From contig JAYZBQ010000070.1 in the NCBI GenBank assembly GCA_036338695.1, forward strand, positions 1 through 17,023: DNA of 17,023 nucleotides, read 5' to 3'. The notes under the pieces were generated by a model that made no database searches, was not told the origin of the DNA, and saw only the letters and a list, made by a program, of their open reading frames with translations. This document shows positions 10,250 to 17,023 of the stretch, piece after piece. A program made the position numbers and the translations under genes. Source of the DNA: Myxococcota bacterium (GTDB lineage: Bacteria; Myxococcota; UBA4151). Positions within the stretch are counted from its first letter, which is position 1, and every line of letters begins with the position of its first letter.

Positions 10250-11973
10250 GCGGTTCGCATGACGCGTTGCGGGAAGGGGATCTCGATACCAGCTTCGTCA
10301 AAGGCGTCCTTGATCCGGCGCTGCAGCTCTCGACTGACGGCCCATTGCGCTCCCGGCGTGGTCCGGACGATGCAGCGGACGTTGACGCTCGAGTCGGCGA
10401 GCTCAATGACCCCGACATAGAGCGGTGGCTCGTCGAGCTGGCCTTCGTAGTCTGGGTCGTCGTAGAGGCCCTGGCCTACCGTGTTAATGACCTCTTCGAC
10501 CATGCCGAGGTTGGACTCATAAGCGACGCCGACGGTCAAGACGACACGCGCCCAGTCGCGGGTCTGGTTTGCGACGGAGTCGATGCTGCCGTTGGGGACC
10601 ACGTGCAGCGTGCCATCGTACTGCCGAATGCGTGTCGAGCGGAGGTTGATCTTCTCCACCGTCCCCGTGTTGCCACCGATCGTGACGACGTCCCCGACGG
10701 CGTACTGGTTCTCGATGAGGATGAAGAAGCCATTGACCACGTCTTTGACCAGGTTCTGCGACCCGAAGGAGACAGCGAGACCTAAGATGGCGACGCTGCC
10801 AACGATCGGCCCGGTGTTGATCCCGATCACCTCCAGCGCTGTGAGCGCTGCGACCGCGTAGGCGCCGACCTTGGCGATACCTCCAAACACCGCAGCGATC
10901 GTGCCGGCGCGCTGCTCTGCCTGGCTGAGGTGATCGTCGTCGCCATCATCTGCCACGTGGCGCAGCGCCTCTGCGAGGCGCCCGATCATGCGCAGCGCCA
11001 GCTTGAGGAGCAACCAGATACCAAGCAGCGCAAGCAGCACCTTCCACAGCGACTCGGTCAGCCAAATGGTGACGCTCGCAACGATGGCGTCTGTCCAGCC
11101 CTCGAGGCTGGACGTGGAACGGATCTGCGCCTTGAGGTCGACTATCTTGGCGTCACGGTACGCCATCTGACTCACGGCGAGGGTCGACTCGATGTCCAAG
11201 CTTCGGATGCGATTGAGACCCTTACGCTCCTCTTGAGCGATCTTTTGCGCCTTCTGCGCCGAGGCTCGGGCGATCGGTGACCACAGCGCAGCCCACGACG
11301 CCTCGGCTCGCTGGCTCTCGCGCACGGCGATCGACGCCTCGGTCTGCGCCAGCGCCGCGTCCTTCTGGAGCGCCTCGAGGAGCTGTTTCGCAGATTGCTT
11401 TTGGCGCTCGACCAGCCCGAGCTCTTGCTGCGCTCGAACGACTCGCCGCTCTTGAGACCTCAAGTCATGCTTGAGTCGCTCGATCAGCACCTGTCGCTGC
11501 TGGAAGGGACCTAAATTTAGGCTGCTGTCGGGCTTGGCGGTCAGGGCTTCAGCTGTCGCCGACATCGCGCTCTCAAGGCGACGCTCCACGGCGTCGCGCT
11601 CGACCTCGATCGCTGCGAGGTAAACGTCCTGGTTGGACACCTTCGCTTGCGCCAGCTTGGACCACTCATCAAGCGCCGCTGCGGCTTGAGCGCGGCTGGC
11701 TCCTCGCAGCGCCGCTGCGAAGACTTCGGCGGTCTCTTGTTGGCTGAGCCAGTAGGCCCGCCACTCTCGGTTTGAGAAGGTCTTGCGGCTGAGGTTGCGC
11801 AGGTGCGCACGCAGCTGGGTTTCCACCTCGGACGCCGTCCCGTCGAGCGCACCGAGTTCGGTGAGCGTGACGAGGCTCGGCTTGTCGTCCCAAGCTCGCT
11901 TCCAAGCCCCTTGCGCCTGAGTCAGCTCGGGGGATGCGAGAAAGAGCGCAAGGCTCGCAAGTGCAGTCATCAT
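10246..11973 (-). CDS. mscS: MscS-family mechanosensitive channel with signal-peptide-like N-terminus and long helical or coiled-coil extension
   Basis: C-terminal MscS motifs: GINTGPIVGSVAILGLAVSFGSQNLVKDVVNGFFILIENQYAVGDVV, GTVEKINLRSTRIR, VVPNGSI and IKDAFDEAGIEIPFPQR. The likely start is the ATG at 11973 (MMTALASLALFLA, AAAGG upstream) rather than the TTG at 12036. Confidence 0.93.
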   Translation of the reverse strand: MMTALASLALFLASPELTQAQGAWKRAWDDKPSLVTLTELGALDGTASEVETQLRAHLRNLSRKTFSNREWRAYWLSQQETAEVFAAALRGASRAQAAAALDEWSKLAQAKVSNQDVYLAAIEVERDAVERRLESAMSATAEALTAKPDSSLNLGPFQQRQVLIERLKHDLRSQERRVVRAQQELGLVERQKQSAKQLLEALQKDAALAQTEASIAVRESQRAEASWAALWSPIARASAQKAQKIAQEERKGLNRIRSLDIESTLAVSQMAYRDAKIVDLKAQIRSTSSLEGWTDAIVASVTIWLTESLWKVLLALLGIWLLLKLALRMIGRLAEALRHVADDGDDDHLSQAEQRAGTIAAVFGGIAKVGAYAVAALTALEVIGINTGPIVGSVAILGLAVSFGSQNLVKDVVNGFFILIENQYAVGDVVTIGGNTGTVEKINLRSTRIRQYDGTLHVVPNGSIDSVANQTRDWARVVLTVGVAYESNLGMVEEVINTVGQGLYDDPDYEGQLDEPPLYVGVIELADSSVNVRCIVRTTPGAQWAVSRELQRRIKDAFDEAGIEIPFPQRVMRTA

Positions 11974-12055
11974 GGGGCGCAAACCTTTCGCTACAACAGG
12001 ATGCTGCGCCCTAGCGAACCTCGCCGGTAATTCCAAGAACGAGAGCGCATTGCCT

Positions 12056-12084
12056 TTGACCGGCTCGCCGCGTAAGGCTAGGCT
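12056..12084 (+). promoter_or_regulatory. Sigma70-type promoter for the lipoprotein gene
   Basis: TTGACC (12056-12061), 17-nt spacer, TAGGCT (12079-12084), then GGAG (12095-12098) and GTG at 12105. Confidence 0.6.
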
Positions 12085-12104
12085 GAAGGTCGACGGAGAG
12101 CGAC

Positions 12105-13436
12105 GTGAACCGACGGATGCATTTGATCGCGGCGCTGCTCGCAGCAGCCTGCGCGGAGTCCCCGACGCCCCAGCCTGACGCGGGCGTTGTGGAGCCCGAC
12201 GCAGCGGTCGTTGTCGAGGATGCGGGTGTGGTCCTATCCGACGCGGGCGCCGGCGTCGATGCCGGGCGGGTCAGCGAGGACATCGGCTTTGGTCCTGTGG
12301 GTGACTGCCTGGAAGACTCGGAGTGTGATGACGGGACTTTTTGCAACGGGATCGAGCGTTGTCTTGAGGGCACCTGCGTGGAAGGAGAGCCTGCTTGCGA
12401 GACTCGCGGCTGTCTGAGCTCGTGCGACGAGATCAATGACCGCTGCTTTGACGAGTTGGTCCCGCAAGCCTACCTGTGCGATGAGATCCACTGCGCCATC
12501 GCTAGCTGCGACAACCGGGGTCGTTGCAGCTACGAATCCAGGCCGGAATACGCTTGTCGCACCGCTGAGATGCAGCCGTGTCAGAGCACGTACCAGTGCC
12601 GAGAGGGGCTTGCCTGCTTTGGAGGCGAGTTTTTCAACGACGGGAACAACCGCTGCGTGGAGCCGTGCACCGGGAACGAGGACTGCGAGCTCGGGATCAC
12701 GCGGTGCGAGACCAGCATCGGCGGTCGCCCCTTCAATCACTGCCTCTACAACCTGTGCGGCGGCCGCTTCGGTGGAACCATGCTCGATGCGTGCGACGGG
12801 ACCGGTGCGGACTCGGGGTCGTGTTATCCGCTGCCAGACGGGGCAGGGGGTTACCTCGGTGTCTGCTACGAGGGCGGACCGCGCGCCGAGGGTGAGAGCT
12901 GCTCGGGGGGCGTCTATCCGTGGCCAAAGCGTGGGGAGACTCAAGGTCGTTGCCAGGGAGGGCTGTGGTGTCACAGCGGTCAATGTCGGCAGCTGTGCAG
13001 CCTGTCGCGACGCGGTGGTTTGCCCAACTGCCCGGCGCAGACGCACTGCGGAGACACCCACGAGGGTGAGGACAATGACGCAGGCGTCTGCCTGCCCGGT
13101 GCACGCTGTGTCGTGACACAGCGCCACTGCGGCACGGTGGCGGCTTGTGTGCCGGACAGTACCGCCTCGTTGATCGGTGGATGCCAGGCGGTCAGTCAGC
13201 CCGCTGCGCCGATCGGCGCAGCCTGCGAGATCCCGAGCCCGGGCGAGTTGAGCCCCTGCGCAGACGGGGCGATGTGCTGGCTGGATTTTCGCAACCCGCT
13301 GTCCGGCGCCAGTTGCTTGCAGTTTTGTGATCTGAGCGGCGCCGACTGCCCTGCCGGCACGGCGTGTCGTCCGACGGACAGTCGCCGGGGCGCCACGCGC
13401 GGGGAACAACTGGGTCTGTGTTACCCGACGAACTAG
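12105..13436 (+). CDS. Cysteine-rich lipoprotein (myxobacterial type)
   Basis: MNRRMHLIAALLAAA-C lipoprotein-like signal, a DAG-repeat linker (PDAG, EDAG, SDAG, VDAG), a CDDGTFCNGIERC module and repeated modules such as CREGLAC, CQGGLWC and CADGAMC. Confidence 0.85.
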   Translation: MNRRMHLIAALLAAACAESPTPQPDAGVVEPDAAVVVEDAGVVLSDAGAGVDAGRVSEDIGFGPVGDCLEDSECDDGTFCNGIERCLEGTCVEGEPACETRGCLSSCDEINDRCFDELVPQAYLCDEIHCAIASCDNRGRCSYESRPEYACRTAEMQPCQSTYQCREGLACFGGEFFNDGNNRCVEPCTGNEDCELGITRCETSIGGRPFNHCLYNLCGGRFGGTMLDACDGTGADSGSCYPLPDGAGGYLGVCYEGGPRAEGESCSGGVYPWPKRGETQGRCQGGLWCHSGQCRQLCSLSRRGGLPNCPAQTHCGDTHEGEDNDAGVCLPGARCVVTQRHCGTVAACVPDSTASLIGGCQAVSQPAAPIGAACEIPSPGELSPCADGAMCWLDFRNPLSGASCLQFCDLSGADCPAGTACRPTDSRRGATRGEQLGLCYPTN

Positions 13437-13957
13437 ATCCGGCGCACCACCGCTCATCGCGGCTGGGGATGGTCCTCTTTTTGCTGCTCGTGAGCACCCT
13501 GGCGGCGGGCTTCGTCTTTGTGGCTGGCGTAGTAGAGATCGACGGCGAGAGCATGGAGCCTGCCTTGCAGAGCGGGTCGCGTTGCGTGGTGTATCGAGTG
13601 GGTGATGTCCGGGTTGCGGGCTGGACCTTGCTCGAGCGCTCAGTCGAGGTCGGCGATGTCGTGATCGCTCAATTTGAGGAGGATACGAAGCGCCCTGCGA
13701 CGATGGTCAAACGGGTGGTCGCCCTCGGCGGCGAAGCGCTTCCAGCGAGCCCTTGGTTGCAACGTTTTCGACTCACCAAAACCGCAGCGGGACGGCCTCA
13801 GACGCTGCCCGGTTTGACGTGTCGGCAGGCGGGTTGTTTTGTCGCGCCTGGCTTCGCCTTCTTGGTGAGTGATCAGCCAAGCGGCACCCTCGACTCACGG
13901 CAGCTCGGCGCGGTGCCGCTCAGCGCCATACGCGGTCAACTCGGCGGTTGCCTCTAA
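13418..13957 (+). CDS. Short S26-family signal peptidase I-like protein
   Basis: Single TM (GMVLFLLLVSTLAAGFVFV), catalytic Ser box IDGESMEPAL, VGDVVIA, catalytic Lys box MVKRVVALGGE, and a degenerate box E FLVSDQPSGTLDSRQLGAV. The start is uncertain (GTG 13418, ATG 13469 or the ORF-finder call 13364). Confidence 0.85.
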   Translation: MLPDELDPAHHRSSRLGMVLFLLLVSTLAAGFVFVAGVVEIDGESMEPALQSGSRCVVYRVGDVRVAGWTLLERSVEVGDVVIAQFEEDTKRPATMVKRVVALGGEALPASPWLQRFRLTKTAAGRPQTLPGLTCRQAGCFVAPGFAFLVSDQPSGTLDSRQLGAVPLSAIRGQLGGCL

Positions 13958-15015
13958 CGTGGCGCCGGGGTGAGCTCCGGCTCGGTGTTGACGTCTGTAA
14001 ACATGCGAGACCAGCGCAGTTTCCCGATCGTCATCGGACCTAAGGGGAGCGTCGGCTCGGTCCAGTCGTGGCTGAACCAGATGACGGTGGCGGTGCCGCG
14101 CAGGTAGTAGTTCGGCACGCCGCCCCAGACGCGTGAATCGGCTGAGCCGTCGCGGTTATCGCCCATCACGAACAGGTAACCTGGCTGAACGACGCAGTGA
14201 TGAGGGGTGCACTCAAGGCCGGAGTCTGGGCGGTCGAGCGCCACCGGGCCTGGTGCCTCGCCGCGCATGAAGTAGGCGCGGGGCCAGTCGTTGTAGAACG
14301 GGTGGACGTCCGGTCCATGGATGGTTCGGATCCATCGTTTGCCGAGGCGCTCGTAGACCAAATCACCCACGACAGAGCGACCCACGAGACGCCGCTCGTC
14401 CGTTTGCAGGTAGTTGATTTTGCCGCCGTCTCGACGCTCGATGAACTCGCCGTTGAGCTCGAGCTTACCGTCCACGATACGGATCCGGTCACCGGGCAAG
14501 CCGATGATCCGCTTGATATAATCTTGCCTCGGATCGAGCGGGAAGTTGAACACGGCAATTTCACCGCGACGCGGCGGCGCACCGTTCCAGATCCGCTTGG
14601 CCGTGAACGGATAGCGCGGCCCGTAGCGGAACTTGCGGATAAAGACATGATCACCGTGGACCAAGGTCGGGCGCATGGAGCCGGTGGGGATCTTGAAGGG
14701 CTCGTAGAAGAACGCCCGAATGGTGAGCGCGAGGGCGACGTAAAAGGCGAGCTCGAGGAATGAGCGAACGCCAGGCGACAGCGTGTGTGACTTGTAATCG
14801 CTTTGATAGATCGCCGCCTCAAGCTCTTGCGCCGCTGCGACCGGGTCCTCGTCGCCTTCGAGCGCCCGTCGCGCTCGCTCGAGCGCCTCCTCCAAGCGTT
14901 TGCGCGCTGCATCCGAGACCGCGTCGATCCGCCGCTGAAGCTTCTCGCCGGTCTTCAGCTGCCGCTTGATCTGTTGGCGCGCTTTGCGTCGCGCCCATGC
15001 GTTGAGGAAGGCCAT
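13954..15015 (-). CDS. lepB: Signal peptidase I (S26A)
   Basis: EPFKIPTGSMRPTL (Ser), GDHVFIRKF, DYIKRIIGLPGD (Lys) and FVMGDNRDGSADSRVWG. A charged helical N-terminal extension of about 85 aa precedes a single TM. Confidence 0.96.
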   Translation of the reverse strand: MAFLNAWARRKARQQIKRQLKTGEKLQRRIDAVSDAARKRLEEALERARRALEGDEDPVAAAQELEAAIYQSDYKSHTLSPGVRSFLELAFYVALALTIRAFFYEPFKIPTGSMRPTLVHGDHVFIRKFRYGPRYPFTAKRIWNGAPPRRGEIAVFNFPLDPRQDYIKRIIGLPGDRIRIVDGKLELNGEFIERRDGGKINYLQTDERRLVGRSVVGDLVYERLGKRWIRTIHGPDVHPFYNDWPRAYFMRGEAPGPVALDRPDSGLECTPHHCVVQPGYLFVMGDNRDGSADSRVWGGVPNYYLRGTATVIWFSHDWTEPTLPLGPMTIGKLRWSRMFTDVNTEPELTPAPR

Positions 15016-15073
15016 GCAGCACCGCTCTTGGTCGATGGCTCTATCTGAAGGCTCGGGTGCTGCTCGTCAACGC

Positions 15074-16753
15074 CTAAACAGCGGCGAATCGAGCGGGGCG
15101 CGTCATTCGTTGTGGGACGCGCGACCACCACCACTCCAGCGCATCAGAAGCGCTCGGCTCGTACAGCTCCATGGCGGTCTCCTGCAGATCGAGCAGACGT
15201 TCGGCGTGGTCATCCCCTCCGAGCCGGTCGACTTGCTCGATGAGCCGCTGTCGAAGCGCGGCCGGTAGCGCAAACGGGTCGATGAGCGGGAGTTCTTTCA
15301 CGGCGGCGGCGCGCAGGTCGACGCCGGCGCCGGTTTGGTCCATCACCGCGTGGTGTTGAAGATACCAAGCCGTGGGCGCGGGCGAGAGCAGCTGCGCGTA
15401 GACTAGTGCCGTGAGGTCCTCGTCGTCGCTCCAAAGCTCGATCAGGGGTACCTGGGCGACCTCGCCCGCTGCGAGTCGAACACACTCGATCACGGCGCCG
15501 CGGGTCGCGAGCGCGAGGCGCGTGCGCGACCACCTCGTCAGGAGCCGCTCGGCGCGCACGGGGTCCTCAGCGGCGAGCGCTGCCTCATCCAGGGTCGGTT
15601 TCGTCCATCGGTTGCCGCCGATGCGAACGGTCCCGTCGCCCCATCGGCTGATGCCCGGGTCGACGTGAGCCACGGTCATGACCGGCCGCGCATGGCGCTC
15701 GTCGGCTTCGGTGATCGCGCGCCCGACAAAGTAAAAGTCGTCGGTGAACAGGCGCCGGATCGTGACCAGCGCGCCCAGATTTTGGGTGGCGAAGCGTGGG
15801 ATGAGGTGGGGTGGGTGATGTGGGTTCACGAGGTGCGGCGCCCAGTCGCCGTTCGTCAGCGACTCGGCGGGTGTGGTGACGCGGCTGCACCCATCCTGCG
15901 CGACAAATTCGCCGCCAGCCTGCGCTGCTTTATGCCAGACGAGCGAGCAGGTTCGCACGGCTGCATCCGAGAACGCGTGCGACCCGAGGTGTTGTAGGTG
16001 CCGTGGCGTACCGATCTCGCAGAGTCGTTGGCGCAAGGGGCGCCCGCTCTGGCTGCCCAGTTGAGCCTCTGGTAAGACGGCGCCGAGCCAGCCTTCGTCG
16101 GCGAGACTCTGCGCGATGGCGTCGAGGAAAATCATGCTCAGGTCGGCGCGCCCGTGGGCGCCGACGGGCCACCGCTTGCGGTAGCGTGTAAGCCGCTGAC
16201 GCTCAAAGGCGTCGACGCGTCTCATGAGCGACCGAAAGGGTGGGTTGGTGAGGACGAGGTCACAGGTCGGTAGGCTGCCGAGCAAGGCATCTTCATGGTT
16301 GAGCGTCAGGTTCGGCGGTTGCGCTTGGTTCGGAAGGGCGAGCGCAAAGCTCGCCCAAGCCCAAGCCAGCGCTCGATGGTTGAGGTCCCAGCCGTGAAGT
16401 TGCAGGGGGGCGCTGTGCAGGAGCTGCGCCGCCGTGAGAAAGACCCCGGCGCCGCAGCACGGGTCGAGCACCGAACTGACGGCGCCTGAGCGCTCGATGA
16501 CGCGTTGGGTGAGCTCAAGCGCTTCTTGAGCCGGCGTGAGATGCGTCCCGCGTGTCCGGCGCTCTTCACCGAGCAGGCTGGTCTCGTGATGGCGCCCCAG
16601 GAGCTCGACGCGCGTCAAGGCTTCGAGGGGGGTGTCTGGCGCGGACCCAGCGCATCCGCCTGCCCACCATGGCGCAACCGCCCAGCCCCGCACCGCGGCA
16701 AGCGCCAACAACTTGCTGCCCAGTTGCTCGAGGGCATCGACGTGACCGGTCAT
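15074..16753 (-). CDS. N6-adenine (or N4-cytosine) DNA methyltransferase, gamma-class motif order, with putative C-terminal target recognition region
   Basis: RGTHLTP (motif X-like), VLDPCCGAGVFL (SAM-binding motif I), LHGWDLN, VLTNPPF (motif IV, NPPF at 16235-16246), ADLSMIFL and GWLGAVLP, followed by about 280 aa of C-terminal region. The ATG overlaps the upstream TGA (ATGA). Confidence 0.87.
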   Translation of the reverse strand: MTGHVDALEQLGSKLLALAAVRGWAVAPWWAGGCAGSAPDTPLEALTRVELLGRHHETSLLGEERRTRGTHLTPAQEALELTQRVIERSGAVSSVLDPCCGAGVFLTAAQLLHSAPLQLHGWDLNHRALAWAWASFALALPNQAQPPNLTLNHEDALLGSLPTCDLVLTNPPFRSLMRRVDAFERQRLTRYRKRWPVGAHGRADLSMIFLDAIAQSLADEGWLGAVLPEAQLGSQSGRPLRQRLCEIGTPRHLQHLGSHAFSDAAVRTCSLVWHKAAQAGGEFVAQDGCSRVTTPAESLTNGDWAPHLVNPHHPPHLIPRFATQNLGALVTIRRLFTDDFYFVGRAITEADERHARPVMTVAHVDPGISRWGDGTVRIGGNRWTKPTLDEAALAAEDPVRAERLLTRWSRTRLALATRGAVIECVRLAAGEVAQVPLIELWSDDEDLTALVYAQLLSPAPTAWYLQHHAVMDQTGAGVDLRAAAVKELPLIDPFALPAALRQRLIEQVDRLGGDDHAERLLDLQETAMELYEPSASDALEWWWSRVPQRMTRPARFAAV

Positions 16754-17022
16754 TCGCCGGCGAGCACGCTGAGCAGTTGGCGCACCTGGTCCTTATCGAC
16801 GCTGACCTGACCTGACTCATCCGTGACGATGCTCAGCTCGCCGAAGCGGCGAAGGGCGAGGCTGATCGTGACCTTGTCAGCGGCCTCGGGCTCGAGCAGT
16901 TCGCCCCGGCTGGCGCCCGCTTTCAGGCTGCTCAAGAGGTGGGCGGGGAGCTTTGAGAAGCTCAGCTTAGGTGGGAGGTCGAGCAGCTGTTGTAGGCACG
17001 AGCGGTAGGTCGTCACGACGTC
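16750..17022 (-). CDS. 3' end of a gene entering from the right edge; resembles the C-terminus of glycerol-3-phosphate acyltransferase (PlsB-like)
   Basis: The frame is open to the window edge and has a 4-bp ATGA overlap with the methyltransferase. GELLEPEAADKVTISLALRRFGELSIV recalls PlsB/GPAT C-terminal helices. This is from memory only, and no catalytic motifs are visible. Confidence 0.45.
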   Translation of the reverse strand, partial: DVVTTYRSCLQQLLDLPPKLSFSKLPAHLLSSLKAGASRGELLEPEAADKVTISLALRRFGELSIVTDESGQVSVDKDQVRQLLSVLAGE

Positions 17023-17023
17023 A

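Noticed and set aside
11974..12036. N-terminal extension of MscS from the TTG at 12036
   Set aside because: No signal-like character. The ATG at 11973 has an SD-like AAAGG and begins a hydrophobic signal-like segment.
12234..13457. 407-aa antisense ORF and 226-aa alternative-frame ORF over the lipoprotein
   Set aside because: The + frame has a promoter, RBS, lipobox and coherent Cys modules. The other frames show no protein-like features.
15074..17022. Complete restriction-modification or other defence island
   Set aside because: No nuclease, helicase, specificity subunit, integrase or obvious compositional shift is visible, and the flanking genes look like housekeeping genes.

Overview
High-GC bacterial DNA, most likely Myxococcota or a related lineage (inferred from the cysteine-rich repeat families and DAG-rich linkers). 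The first half is the 3' part (8.4 kb, open at the left edge) of a giant acidic protein built from 75 intact Myxococcus cysteine-rich (DUF4215/TIGR02232-like) repeats. The rest is a compact cell-envelope neighbourhood: a short NfeD-type gene and its usual SPFH/stomatin partner (here convergent rather than in an operon), a 100-aa hypothetical, an MscS-family channel with a long N-terminal extension, a Cys-rich lipoprotein, two tail-to-tail S26 signal peptidases sharing a CX4C insert, an apparently orphan gamma-class amino-methyltransferase, and the 3' end of a possible PlsB-like acyltransferase. I found no RNA genes, CRISPR arrays or mobile elements. No clearly new system is demonstrated. The best leads are the giant repeat protein, the convergent nfeD/SPFH pair and the paralogous signal peptidase pair.
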